NCBI GenBank assembly: GCA_965644265.1
Contig: OZ286474.1
Coordinates: 24,676,001 to 24,740,000, forward strand
Reading direction: 5' to 3'
DNA: 64,000 bases
Source: Glycera tridactyla
Taxonomy: Eukaryota
Below the pieces are notes generated by a model. It searched no databases and was not told where the DNA came from. It was given only the letters and a program-made list of their open reading frames with translations. The first letter of the stretch is position 1; each line of letters begins with the position of its first letter. Made by a program: the position numbers and the translations under genes. This document shows, one piece after another, positions 38,182 through 51,768 of this stretch.

Positions 38182-40416
38182 CTGAGTAAAAACGAAAATC
38201 ATCGGTTAGTGATCGGGCATCATCACCGTAAGAAGAGAAAAAAACACTAACCATGACCAGACAGAATGTTGACAAAATGCAACTACATGTACATTAGTAA
38301 TCATGACAGCTGCTGTAACCAGACAATGAGTCACTTTCTCGAGCCTGCGTGACAGGTAACAGGCAATCGACGAAACAAAACCCATGATTATACAATGAAG
38401 TCATCATATCGAATCTTACATGTGAAAATCTCACGACAGTATGTGCCGGATATGATAATTTAATTAAATAATCATGGATTATTGTTTATATACCACACAT
38501 CAACAATTGAAGTAATCACACAGGTCAAACTCGCAGCTGAAGAAAAATTTCAAAACCTTGAGACAAGTCTCTCATAGGTTTAGATCTTGCTTTAAATCTA
38601 GTGGGAAGAACAAACAAACACTAACATATATGTTCAAACATCAGGCACGCAATCAGTTGTTAAACATTTGAGATACAGAACAGGGGACCCGACAAAACAA
38701 GGCAAGTGGGGACCAGACTGGCAGTTATCAACTAGTTAGGCCTGGGTGACAGGCAGAACTAGGCGATTATTATATCTTCACAAACTAGTCATGCCTGCCA
38801 ACAGACAGAACTAGTAAACAGCTTAAGTACAGCGTTAGAACAAGTTTCAGAAACTGTGGACGCAAGTCAATAATATCAATTTTATTTACTAGTGTTAAGC
38901 AGATCTGAAAGAAAAGTGAAAATATGAAATCAGTCACTGCTTGCTACTGAACGAGCATTATTGCTGATTTCATGGTTGATTATTTCCTCGTTATTCCTTC
39001 CTACTCAACCATGTGATTCATTGTTTTCTGTATCCTTTATGGATGGAAAAAACTTTATAGAGTGAGGTTCATTACTGATATCAAAACCACTTCAGATAAC
39101 AACTGTGGCATATACCAACATTTTCTTAACTTTATAACTAGAATGTAGATGTCATGAATCAGTAGGGGTATTCAGGGGAAGGATTATGAATCTATCTCAT
39201 GATTACAATTCAATCATGTTTTCATTGATAATTCCCGATCATCAAATTTCAGAGAGCATGCTTCTCGATGTGAAGATGAACAGTGATTTTGCCAGTATCG
39301 AGACATTCTACTGTTCTGTATAAAGTTTCTATAATGAATGCGTTCAAAATGAAATGAAAAATATCAAGTATCTTGTCACATACAGACAAATTGACACAAG
39401 TTGATACATGTACATACATTCAAGATATCATCTATGTTAATGAGGCAAATCAATTTTATTCAAATCCTGCTTCACTATACACCTATGCACAACTGATGAT
39501 CAGAGATAATATGGATGAAGATTCAGAGCACACATGATCTGGTTTCTATGGATACAGTTCCATATTGTTTGATGGCAGCCCTTTTTCCAATACATTCCTT
39601 CACTTATTAATGACATGCATCAACCCAAAGGATCATAGATGACATCTGTCCCTGAAAGTAGATGCTCTGTCCCCGGTAAGCATCACTCTCACAAACCCTG
39701 AACAAAAGACACCTGTGGCAATCTTCACATTTGGTTTCACAGTATTTTAAGGCTTGTTCCATCTGTTTGGTCAGTTCCACCAACACCAGTCCCTACCGCA
39801 GCTAATTCCATCACCTGCGTGTAAGGCCAGCAGAAAAATTTCCTTATCCCATGCAAGCATCCTGAACACTTACTGGCATGCTGAAAACACACGCACGCAC
39901 GCACGCACGCACGCACGCATGCACGCACGCATACACACACAATCACTGTTCTGCTAACTCTCCTGAATATTATCTCTGCATCAAATGCTGATCTTACCAT
40001 GGTCTTGAAATCATCTTAATAACCCTTATCATATACCCATCTGAGCACAGTCCCAGATTTTTGGCGTCGTAGTAATATGGCATATATGGTCTGCAGTTCA
40101 AAACCATATGACCCATTTAGCCCATCATGGGTCATTTTCATGGGTCAAACCAGTGATAGATATAGATACAGATGGTCTTTGGAGTTCCAAATCATGTACC
40201 ATTTGGCCCATTATGAGCCATCTTTATGAGCCAAACCAGTGATAATGTGGGCTAATAGCCAGGTACAGGTACCACAATGAAGGCATATTTTTGCCAGTGT
40301 CAAGGTACCATGACAAGGAAGTGAGTATATTGAGATGATGTGTTTCTTCGAAATATAACCAGAATAGCGGGAAAACCAATAGCCAAGTGGCAAATCTGCC
40401 CCAATTCTGACACTAG

Positions 40417-40620
40417 CAGGGATCTGATTGGCACGTAACCAAAAATCCTGAAAATCTACACACTGATGGCTACTATTACTCAATAAAGGCTCCATTTTCA
40501 CTAATTCTGGTCCGATTTTCCTGATCTAAAATCCAAAATGATCTGTCATATGTGCATGGCTTGCTGTATTTGATAACAAAACAGAGAAATATGTGGATCC
40601 GCCTAAAAATCACATCCTTG
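40417..40620. mobile_element. hAT-like MITE, CAGGGATGTGATT family (older, deleted copy)
   Basis: cagggatctgattgg...aatcacatccttg; flanks cactag / cactcg (5 of 6 match). Confidence 0.72.
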
Positions 40621-40957
40621 CACTCGTGAAAAGTAGCTGTATTGCAAATTTTCTGGTTCATCGAGGCAAATTTAGCTCAAGTTTACAAATCATTTCAGGC
40701 TTTACATTTAGTAGTGAAAATCCTGGCAATAGGTGGCACCTAGTGAAATTTCCAAAGTATACCATCATATTCAGAGAAAGATTTACTGAACAAGACCATG
40801 GCAAGATCTACTGGTCAGTGAAGCAATGAAAAAAAAACTGCATCATTGACAGTCATCTCAAATCTTTCAAAAACGATAATAAAATCGCTTCGAAAAAAAA
40901 GTTCATAAGCAAGGCTCAGTGTGAACAATTCTAAGGTCTACAAGCGTTAATACCAAC

Positions 40958-41152
40958 CTGAACCACCAAAGAATTCGGCAAATGGGTCTCTACCTCCAAA
41001 GAATTCCCTGAACACCTCGTCTGGATCTCGGAAGTGGAAGTGGTGTCCAAACCCATTACCGAAGTTTCCAAAGTCAAAGTCAAAGTTTGCAGAGCCGTCA
41101 TTGTTAACTAGTCCATCCTTGCCATAACGATCATATGTATCGCGTTTTTGTT
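40958..41152 (-). CDS. DNAJB6: DNAJB6-like Hsp40, end of J-domain and start of G/F region
   Basis: tttttcag|AA CAA...TCA G|gttggt; [15 protein letters not shown]...[24 protein letters not shown] carries the DNAJB2/6/8 signature [18 protein letters not shown]. Confidence 0.95.
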
Positions 41153-41289
41153 CTGAAAAAGAAAACAGAAAAATTTGAATGAAACATTTATTTTGTCTAG
41201 TATGCACAATGATGTTCAGAAATATGTTATATCTATCTGCCACACTGACTCATCATGAAATATACCCAGCCGATGTGAGCAATCTACCC

Positions 41290-43180
41290 CTTGAGTGGCC
41301 CATGGGTAGTTCATAGCCTGCCTTAGTCAGAAATGAATAAATGTGTCAGTGCACATCTACATATTAAAGACTCTACAGGGAGTTGATATGATGCAGGTAC
41401 TTGCGGAGGGGTGGACCCTGCACCATTTGCCACATTCAAATTCAAATCGACTCACTGAGAGATGATGTAATGAGCCACATGACCCACTCTGAACAAGGGA
41501 AAATGAGTCAATGAGGCTTATTCCAGAGAAATGGCCCACTCTAATTCAAAATGACCCAGACAAAGACATGGACTGAAGACAAAGACTATCTTATGGTGTG
41601 CAAGTGGGGTCAAAAATATTATGTGGCAGATGAGTAACAAGGCATCAGTGATGCGGGGTCCCCCGCCGATGTGGGACTATGACAGTGAGCACCACTGCTT
41701 CCTGAACTGCACAGAAAAAATGTGTTGGTTTTCTTCATATGGGGTTGACAATGTGCATGCCATTATGGAGTGTTTCAAGTATGCCCATGGGCAGCCCAGC
41801 ACTTGCCCAAGCTCAGAATAAATGTGCCAGTGCACATATGAACAATGATAAAGATCGATAAGATATGATTTGGTATGAATCAGTGCATTTGTTTTGAATA
41901 TATGGATTCTGCACAGCGCATACCATCCTGAAGTGTTTGAAGCTCTTCAGGAAGATGTTTCCAGAAAGGTTGTTTCAGTGTGGATTGGTGCAGCAGTCCA
42001 CACTACATGGGTTCCTATAAGTCCATACCATCGACCATTTTAAATGTCAATGGGCAGCCTATGCTACCCATCACTTGCCCAAACCCATGATAGAGATGTC
42101 AGTACACAGCTACACATCAAGACACTTCAGGGAAAGTTCATTCGATGTGGATCGGTGAAGCCGTTTTAGAGAGATGAGTTCCAATAAGTCCAAATAAGAG
42201 TGCATGACATATTGAAGTCCTTCAGATATTTCAACTGCCCATGTGCAGCCCATTGCATGTACAAATCTGTAATAAATCTGCCAGTGCATACCTACACATC
42301 AGGACGCTTCAGGAAAACTTCATTTTGTGTGAATCGGTGGAGCGGTTGTGGAGATATGAGTTCTGCAAAGTGTGGATGGGAGTGCCAAGCATTCAGACAT
42401 TTCACCTGCCCATGGGCAGCCCATCACATGGCAGAGGCCAGAATAAATGGGCCAGTGCACACCTACACATCACGGCACTTCTAGGAAACTTGATTTGGTG
42501 TGAATCGGTGCAGCCATAGTGGAAATATGAGTTCTGCAAAATCCTGATGACATCCTGAAGTTTTTCACATTTCACCTGCCCGTGGGCAGGCTACCACATG
42601 CCCAATTCCAGAATAAACATGCCAGTGCACACCTACACATCAAGACGCTCCCAGAAAACTTGATTTCGTGTGAATCGGTGCAGCCATAGTGGAGATATGA
42701 GTTCCGCAAAATCCTGATGACCTCCTGAAGTTTTTCACATTTCACCTGCCCATGGGCAGGCAATCACATGCCCAAATTCAGAATAAATGTGCCAGTGCAC
42801 ACCTACATATCAAGACGCTTCCAGAAAACTTGATTTGGTGTGAATCGGTGCAGCCATAGTGGAGATATGAGTTCCGCAAAATCCTGATGACATCCTGAAG
42901 TTTTTCACATTTCACCTGCCCCGTGGGCAGGCAATCACATGCCCAAATCCAGAATAAACGTGTTAGTGCACACCTACATATCAAGACGCTTCCAGGAAAC
43001 TTGATTTCGTGTGAATCGGTGCAGCGGTTCCAGAGATACAGGTTCCGCAAAGTTGGCGTGCACGGATGGACACCGGACGGACAAGGGACACACGGACGGA
43101 CGGACGGACGGACGGACGGACGGACGGACAGACGCCCACTATTTTATAGTCCCCCTTCCGGTGTTCCGGCGGGGGACAAC
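41290..43180 (+). mobile_element. Helentron/HINE-like non-autonomous element with internal 170-bp tandem array
   Basis: Unit starts ttcacctgcc at 42401, 42571, 42741 and 42911 (period 170), with progressively decayed units back to about 41290; then (GACG)n at about 43095-43132 and terminal hairpin gtccccc-ttccggtgttccggc-gggggac (43149-43177). This tandem-core, microsatellite, 3'-hairpin layout is typical of DINE-1/HINE-type elements. 5' boundary uncertain. Confidence 0.72.
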
Positions 43181-43203
43181 AATTCCATATGGAACACCTA
43201 TAG

Positions 43204-43424
43204 CAGGGCTCTACGCTAAGGGTTGCCTTACTGGGACAGGCAGGCAGATTAGTTGTTAGGGTAGGTGATTTTATTAGTCCATCCGTCCAATGGGTAGGTA
43301 CCTAGCCACTATTTAGTCTTTGATAAAATGCAGGACGACACGTGAAAATGACAGGGAGGGCAGGTGAAAGTCAAAGTTCACCTGGCCAAGGACAGATGAA
43401 GAGAAAAGTTAATGTAGAGCCCTG
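43204..43424. mobile_element. hAT-like MITE, CAGGGCTCTAC family, 7-bp TSD
   Basis: cagggctctacgctaa...taatgtagagccctg; cctatag on both sides. Confidence 0.85.
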
Positions 43425-43830
43425 CCTATAGCATGCTTCCTTATACGCCAGCTGATCTTGAGCAATACAGGACAACCCCTGAACTTCTCACTGACTGTAC
43501 ATTCCGGACTGTTGAACTACAACCATAGAATCAGCTGAACATCTGACCTTGTGAGGTTGTACAGAGGTCACTATTGTATGATTCACCAGGACAGCATATG
43601 ACTCTGTACAATCTGGGTCAGATTTGTTTGCCAACAAATGCCTCAGGGTCATTGTTGGTCTGTTGCTATGACAGGCCAGAGAACAATCCATCATTCACAT
43701 TCACCGAAGAAGAGATGGCACGGGTGTCCGGTCAGACTTTTTGTTCTAACCCCATTCACCATGTGTGACTTCCCAAAGTTATGATAGATGCTACGAGTAT
43801 CACATATGCTTCAATAAATGCCCACCCCCT

Positions 43831-44130
43831 AAAACTAGATGCATTCGGTGAGTTTGAATGCCCCGCTGAATGCATGCTTGTCACAGGATGAGTAAATTAG
43901 AGAAGTGAAATATAAGAACAAAACTAACATATTTTCACACTCGGTGACCTTGAAAGTCAAAATGGCCACCCCAATATCTTTCAATGCCATGCCATAGCCT
44001 GGGAGAGAATGTACACCAAGTTTGAGAATTTATTGTGTGGAAACCGTTTTGACCTTTTTGCACTCAGTGACCTCGAAATTCAAGATGGCCACCCAATATT
44101 GATAGGTATCTTGCCATTGCCTATAGACCG
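43831..44130 (+). repeat. Second HINE-like fragment (ACTAGA start, short inverted repeat, tgacct...aagatggccaccc units)
   Basis: aaaactagatgcattc...gaatgc inverted pair followed by two ~105-bp related units. Confidence 0.45.
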
Positions 44131-44541
44131 AGAAGACTAGCCCTTGGAGTTTTTAAGTTATCATCTGCTGTGCAAGGATCTATGTGGTAGGTGCATATGC
44201 ACCACTAGTGGCTAACCCACAATTCGTTAGAGGCGATTTTGTCTCACAAGTACCCCAAGAATACCTGCACCTAACCCTAAGATGCACTGAACAAGCTGAA
44301 TGCAGCAAATTATCTAAAGGGTTTCTGGATAGTGCACTAGGACCATTGGATGGCTGATGTCTTCAAAGAGCTTCAAAAGCGAGGAACAAGCATGCAAAGA
44401 ATGGCTGCACCCACCTCTAGTTGCACTTAGTAACAGTTGCTCCTAGTAACAGTTGCCCCTGGTAACAGTCAGATAAACCCCTATCATCACCTGTGATCAT
44501 GTCTTTCTACTATAACACATACCGTCTACATATATACTCAC

Positions 44542-44651
44542 TATCTGATAAGACTTCATAGGCTTCTGAGATCTCTTTGAACCGCTTCTCTGCTTCTTCT
44601 TTGTTGTCCGGATTTTTGTCTGGATGCCACCGAAGCGCCATCTTTCGATAC
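44542..44651 (-). CDS. DNAJB6: DNAJB6-like Hsp40, J-domain exon with HPD motif (110 nt)
   Basis: ttgttgtag|G TAT...GAT A|gtgagt; [36 protein letters not shown]; same length and phases as the human DNAJB6 exon as I recall it. Confidence 0.97.
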
Positions 44652-44898
44652 CTACAACAACAAAGGTTCGATGAAGATTTAAACAAAATCAACACAACAG
44701 TTAACTGTCAGTGACAAGAATAAAATCTTGACTGTGAAAGGATTAAATGCAGATTGGTTGCAGTGATTTTTTTTCCTCTCAGCACAAACCTAATTACTTC
44801 TTCAGCTTCAAACAAATCATTATGGCATTTGTCCCTGCCGAGGTCTCGCATCTGTCACTGAAAGCAAGGTCAAGAGTAGCCTACCACCATTATGACTA

Positions 44899-45071
44899 CA
44901 GTGAAACCTGTGAAGAGAGACCGCCCTATATGTCACCAAAAGTGGTCTTTCAAAACAGGTGGTCTCTCGTCAAGAGATATATTTGACAATGTCAAATAAA
45001 AAGCTGCCGAGAAAACGCACTCTCTCATCAGAGGTGGTCTCTTGTCAGGTCTTTCCTTGCAGGTTTCACTG
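44899..45071. mobile_element. Tc1/mariner-type MITE, family B
   Basis: ta|cagtgaaacctg...caggtttcactg|ta; gagacc/ggtctc repeats. Confidence 0.87.
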
Positions 45072-45292
45072 TAGTAGATTCCTAGGTGAGAAAATACAAA
45101 ATTTCCAGATCAATATGTGTATGCTGATGATGACGTAGATGAATTTGAAAACAAGTGTTGATTGCAGAAAGCAGCTTCCAACATCCGAGCAATCATTCAG
45201 AAAGACAGGATTTTTCATTTAAAAAACACTTCACTATCGTTACTCTGGGGATAATTAAACTCGAACCATTCAATATTCGAAGAATGATTATA

Positions 45293-45446
45293 CAGTCGAA
45301 CCTCCTCTAAAGACCACCTCTCTATAAAGACCACCTTGAGCTGGGACCATGGTAGTATTTTCAAGAGTAAATGACCTCTCTATAAAGACCACCTGCCTGT
45401 ATATTTTGATGCAAACAAAGGCGGTCTTTATAGGAAGGTTCGACTG
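45293..45446. mobile_element. Tc1/mariner-type MITE, family A (inverted relative to 5508)
   Basis: ta|cagtcgaacct...aggttcgactg|ta. Confidence 0.85.
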
Positions 45447-47927
45447 TATTTTTCACAGCATATCGCCATCCCCTTCCCATCAATTCCAATAAGGATCCAG
45501 AAAAAAGAAGTCTTGAATGATACCAACCATACCCATTGCTTGGGCTTCTCAATATAGCCAAGATGGTGCTCACAGGACATGAAACCACCAACCAACCAAC
45601 TAACCAACCAACCAACCACGCCATTGACCCACACATTTAGTACCACTAGAGTCCTATCTGACAGGGTATGGAATGTGACAAGCCTGTTACAAGAGAACGT
45701 TAGAAAGAATCCCCTGCTGACGCAAATTGATGAGTGGGTAGAACGAGAGCAGACAGATTCATCTTCTGATAGACGCCAGGCGGGACAAACACGTCCTCAC
45801 TAATACGTCAACCTTCACAAGTGGATAAAAACCTGAAAATTCACTCGGTGGATAGGGGAATTTTACTAAGATTGGACCAATCATGACCAGAGTAGGAACT
45901 CTCAGCAGGTATGTTTTTTTTTTAATAGGATGAGGGTGGGGGGTTGATATGGTTGATTCATACTAAGCAGGGTGGTCTCTGGGCGAAGTATCAAGAGGTG
46001 ATGACAATGTTTTCATACACCAATAGGATTTATCTATGCAATGCNNNNNNNNNNNNNNNNNNNNNNNNNNNNNNNNNNNNNNNNNNNNNNNNNNNNNNNN
46101 NNNNNNNNNNNNNNNNNNNNNNNNNNNNNNNNNNNNNNNNNNNNNNNNNNNNNNNNNNNNNNNNNNNNNNNNNNNNNNNNNNNNNNAGCACAACACATCC
46201 AACAATATTTCCAATCTCCAACGGTAAAGTCAGAGGTGATCACTCCTCATAGTGCATATATGGGGGGGGGGGGGGGGGGGATCATCCAAGTCATAGATGA
46301 GATCAGCTTCATTATCATGAATGGTCAAGGGTGACATACTGTGGCCTTGGTTGTTTATAGAATAAGATGACCACAATGCATGAGTTGGAAAGTTCCTGTT
46401 GAGGTTGGGATGAGGGGGATGAGATGGATGATGGTGTGTGGGGGGGGGGGGGGGGTAGCCTGACAGAATCCAGGAATTGCAGTCTCCCAGGCAACCAATT
46501 ATCCACTCTACGTGACAATCATCATGTAACATGGGAGGGCACCAATAGGGGCAATCCTATATTTATCGATCAGGTCGCACCTTGTTCGAAAATCAATATT
46601 ACAGCCATCCATTATGTACAACTGAACAGAGAATGACACGCAAAACAAGATCGTAAGAGTTTCACTAGTTTCCATATTCAGAGATGTGTTCGGACTGCAA
46701 AATGAAATATGATAGTTTTGATGACTCAAAATACAGATTCGCCCCAGCGAACTCCATGCTTGAATGTACGAGCTGTACATCAGGTGGGTATAGTATGTAA
46801 CCTTTGTTTTCGGATTACAGAAATGATGTTGGTTCTCATGGTGTTGTCATATCTGGGTTTGTGGGGCGACTGAACCCTACTGGAGATACAACTCAATACT
46901 GACTTTTAACCCTTCCCTGGACAACGGTCAAATTTGCAAACACTTTTAATTTCCGTGAGCTGGTTTGCTCTAAGATTAATCTAATCAATGAGGTACAGTT
47001 GAACCTGCTCAAGAGACCACCTGTCTACAAATGTCACCCTGAGCTGTGACTGTGTGAATCTTCTCAACAGTAAGTCACCTCTCAACAAAGACCACCCCTA
47101 CAGAGGCGACTAGACTTTCTGCTTAGACTCAAGCTCTGACAGGAGACAGAAACAATTGTTTGTAAGACACTTTTTGATGACATGTGAGGCAGCTTTCACT
47201 TTTCTCATTCTACTAATCCATCTCTCATTGAATCCCTTTCACTGCAATGTTCACATCAAAACAGAATGAATAATTGAATCTGATCACATTTTTCAGGGTA
47301 AACAACTTACAGCAGGGCTCTCTACCCTACTACCCTGTGGCTACAAAATTTACTCCCTGGCGATAATGGCTCATAATATTCGATAATGGCTCATAATATT
47401 CGAGAGGTTGTAATTGACAATGTATTGCCTGGCTACCAATGTTTGGCAATGGCTACCAAAAATATCAACTTAGGGGCCAACATACACCCCTGTACAATCA
47501 TAATTTTTTTCCCACATATATTTGTCTATTTTCACTCTTAGATTATCTGTCTGTTTGTCTGTCTGTCTGTCTGTTTCTTCTCATTTATCATACTTTCCCT
47601 TTAAGTTGATAGGCTAAAATAGGTTGTGAGAAAGAGACTTTTATTCATAATAAAAAAGATGTTCACAACAGGAAATCCAAACCTTTGCCCACATCTGGTT
47701 AAAAAGTATAGCTATTAGGAGACAACAAATGTACAGTAATGAACTATTTTGGGGCGCTCCCAGTTATAAAGGAAACAAATATAACATGTCAGAAGATGAA
47801 AGGAGCTTCACACAATGGCTTCTCTATAACGTCATACACACCGCTACAAAAACATAACCCAGATCTGGTCCCACGGTACAGTTAGCAACTTTATATATTG
47901 ATACAGCTTAGTTACAGCATATGGATA

Positions 47928-48475
47928 CAGTGGAACCTGTGATGAGAGACCACCCTAGATTACAAGAAAAAGGGTCTCACTAACTGGTGGTCTCTCGTCA
48001 GGAGGTATACAGTGAAACCTGAGATGAGAGACCACCCTGGATGTCACCACAATGGGGTCTCTCAAAAGAGGTGGTCTTTTGTCCTAGGTATATTTGCCTG
48101 CGCCATATAGAAATGCTGCAATGAAAAATGCGGTGGTCGCTCTTCACAGGTGTCACTGTAACGGACTATGTTGAAAAGAGGTCTTCCCGAAACATTGTTT
48201 TTTTAAACAGATGGTGTCATTTGGGGGTCTCTTGTCAGAGGTTTCAGGATATCCTAGCAGAGTCTGACCTGCATACATAAGCCAATCTTGTCAAGGTGAA
48301 AAATACCCTTTGTAAAGAGGTGAACTCTGTGGAGAGGTGGGTCAAGGTACACTGAAACTAAAGGGTGTTCATGTTTCTGATAATGTCAAATAAGGAGTTG
48401 CAAATGAGTGGTTTGGAAACGTGGTCTCTCAAGAAAGGCCATCTCTCAGCTGCGATCCCATTGCAGGTTCCACTG
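47928..48475. mobile_element. Cluster of nested or truncated family-B MITEs
   Basis: Left TIRs at 47928 and 48010, right TIRs at about 48158 and 48475, with repeated gagaccacc/ggtggtctc motifs. Confidence 0.7.
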
Positions 48476-49050
48476 TACAGTATGAAATACTGAGTGGCCT
48501 CAGTATACAGGTGGTCTATGTACAGAGATTGTTCTCAAACCTGGTTCGATAGCAGAGTGAATCTTGTCAGGGGCATACAACTGTTGTTACTTTAAAGTCA
48601 CCTCTTTACATAGGCTAACTGCCTACATGGACCATTTCACATGACCATGGTAAAGTACCTCTGTTTGAAAACCACCTGTCAACAAACACCACCATGATAT
48701 GCAACCAATTCTGACCTTTGTAGACAGGTGCTACTACCCCTCATCTCCTCTGTTGAAGAATCAAACCTATCAGAATCCTCCTCTCAAACATGTTCCGTAA
48801 ACTTTAATCTTTCACCTGTTTTACCTGTTCTGGTGATTCTATGTATCTAATTTGGAGTGAAATGTCAGATAGATCTTTTACAAAACAGGCAATGAGCCGG
48901 TGGAGGATAACATTTGATAATTATCAATCGAAACATGAAACTTGTTGTACAAGAGGCTCACTCAAATGAAATTAGGTTTGATGATTGGCGCATGTGCTAC
49001 GAAAACTTGTTCTGCTATCGCTGCTACGATCAAGTGATGAAGTGATGATA

Positions 49051-49225
49051 CAGTAAACCTGCGACGAGAGAACCCCGACAAAAGACCACCACTGACGAGA
49101 GACCACTTTTCCAGGGCAGCATTTCTTTTTGACATAGTCAAATATACATTCGACGAGAGACAACCTCTGATGAGAGACCGCTTCTTGGTGACATAAAGGG
49201 CCGTCTCTCGTTGCAGGTTTAACTG
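49051..49225. mobile_element. Tc1/mariner-type MITE, family B
   Basis: ta|cagtaaacctgcgacgagag...gcaggtttaactg|ta; central tttgacatagtcaaa. Confidence 0.83.
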
Positions 49226-50734
49226 TATTGGTGAAAGTTCACACTAAATTTTCGACCAGATAGGTCAGATTTCGAACAGATAGGTCAGAGGTTGAAGGGC
49301 AGCATATGAGACATGATGTACAATTGTGGGATGAGGAATACGACCTTGTGTGGGAGGGAGTATGTGACCATATGACTCTCTCTATACGTATGAAAAAAGT
49401 GTCACCTCGACATCCTGCAAACTGTCACCGGGAGCCGGCCAGACACCTCCCTAGACCCGACAGATGTTACTTCCGATCCCACATTCTGATACAGTCCACG
49501 TCTCATCTCTATATAATAGCAGTAATGTCAATGGGGTGAAGCTGAATATCCGGAAATGTGGTTAAATTTTCTTAAACTACCCCCTTATATCCTTGAAAGT
49601 ATCTTGTTCTGAAACATCCAGCCAGCTTTCAGCAATTTCTAAATTCTTTTTTTTTTTGCCAAATTATTATGAATTCCGAAAGTTTTGCAGAAAATCTTCA
49701 TTTTTTTTGTCAATTTTTTCACGAGCTTCGGAAGCTTTAAGGAAATTGTCATTACTGTGATATACACTCAAACTTGGCATGAGATAACCACGGATACATT
49801 GAAAGATAAGACTGCCCTATATATCAATGAAAAGAGGTCTCTCTGAAGAGGAGGTCCCTCGTCACAGGTATAATTTGAGAGGTCTCCCATCAGAGGTTGC
49901 CTCTCGTTGGTGGGTCTCTCATCGCAGGTTTGACTGTATCAACTAGGCATGCTCGTCGCTGGTTACATAATACAGTATGTACACACTCTTATCCCTAATC
50001 TCAGACTGAGATTGAAATCTATTTTGCCCCGCAAAACCGTTTTCTAAACCAGTATAAATGAGATGAGTCGGAGATCTTTGTCGTTCATGCATTATTCGAA
50101 AAAGTGTACAGAAAAAAATATGTATTCAAATGACAACGGATCATCCGTTACTCAAGCGTAACCACAAACTGGTGCACAAGAGTGGGCGTCCTTTCCGTCT
50201 CCCACCCCAAATCTCCCACTCCAAATGATGTTCGACTTATTCTTCATGAGGACCACTAATTAACCCCTTCAATTAATTTCCTCTTTGCTGGTAATAGTTA
50301 AAGATGTTTGCAGCTCACAACTTAGTCTGAAATCAAATGGGAAACATATATAGTGAAACCTATGCGAGACCCCTGAAGAGACCACCTCTGAAGGGAGACG
50401 ACACCTGCAGGGCAGCTTCCCTTTTTGACATAGTCAAATATACCACTTGAGTGAAGACCACCTTTTGAGAGATATTTAGGGTTGTCTCTGTCACAGGATC
50501 CACCATATCCATATTTTATTTAGACTCATAATTTTAAGAGGGGCAAGGCTCGAGAGCCCCGGACACACATAGTTGAGGTTAACTAGATAGCATGTCCTCC
50601 AGTCGGGATGCTCTGTTGTATCCACTCTGAATATGAAGGACATAGTGCGGGGTGATTGAATAAGGGCTCAAGAATGTGACATGGCCACTCTATTGATACC
50701 AGGGTAGGAAGCATGCAAGCTTCTTCCTGAATAG

Positions 50735-51190
50735 ACCAACACATACTGAGTCAGGGCTGGTGATCTTTGTGTTCATTCTGAGATGACTGATACAGTGAGT
50801 CCTGTGATGAGAGCCCGCCTAAGATGTCACCAAAAAGTGGTCTCGCAAGAGGCAGTCTATTGTCGGGAGGTATTTTTGACTATGTCAAATGGAAAAGCTG
50901 CCCCAGAAAAGCGGTCTCCCGTCAAAGGTGTTCTCTCGTCGGGGGGTCTCTCATCGCAGGTTTCACCGAACGAACACATACTGAATCAGGGCTGGTGATC
51001 ATTGTGTTCATTCTAAGATGACTGATATAGTGAAACCCGTGACGAGATACCACACAAGCAGTGACCAAAAAGTGGTCTCTCAAAAGCGGTGGTCTCTTGT
51101 CAGAGGTACATTCGACTATTTCAAATTGGAAAGCTGCCTTTCAAGAGTGGTCTCTAATTAGGGAAGTCTCATCACAGATTTCACAGTAAT
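50735..51190. repeat. Tandem duplication (~235 bp) of a family-B MITE plus ~55 bp of left flank
   Basis: aacacatactga.tcagggctggtgatc.ttgtgttcattct.agatgactgata precedes both MITE copies (about 50738 and 50972). Confidence 0.8.
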
Positions 51191-51542
51191 ATACACCAGT
51201 CGAAAATTTTCCATGCCAAAATGTGAGCCAAAAACGAGGGGAGGGAGGCAACTGATATGAGAGAATACCTTCTCACGAGTGATGTCGACAAAAATGAACT
51301 CTACAGATCCTGATCTCCATCAGGGAAGGTTGAACATTGAGATTTTCTTCCTCTGATAAACAAATGAGGTGGTTAAGGAGACATGAAGGAAACCATGTTT
51401 ACATTACTTCTGTTTCAGTGATTTTGAAATATCAAAAAAAACAAAACATTGGCACACAAAAATGTCACCTCTATGAATGGCATTACCGTAAATGACGTAA
51501 TAATTGCCCTGGGTGCTAATTAAGATCATCGCTGAGTGGAGA

Positions 51543-51584
<42 letters not shown>

Positions 51585-51768
51585 ACGATTATTAGGGATA
51601 TCTCCTCACTGGGTGAAGACTGATGCTGAAAACAATGTTTTTCGCTGATCCCGATCGCTCTCTGAATGCCTACGGGGGGGGGGGGGGGGGGGGGGGGGTT
51701 TATTGAACCGTGGGCGATTATTACGTCATTCCCCCCAAAAGGAAACCCTTCCCCATCACTCAGCAGAA

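Noticed and set aside
39614-39705. Duplicated intronic segment (also at 14385-14440) as a snoRNA, SECIS element or duplicated poison exon
   Set aside because: No conserved C/D or H/ACA boxes or SECIS core on the host strand; a 1-nt indel breaks coding equivalence; similarity extends to a (CAAT)n tail, fitting a SINE-like repeat.
42401-43060. Regularly spaced repeats as a CRISPR array
   Set aside because: Whole 170-bp units repeat with no unique spacers; eukaryotic context; no cas genes.
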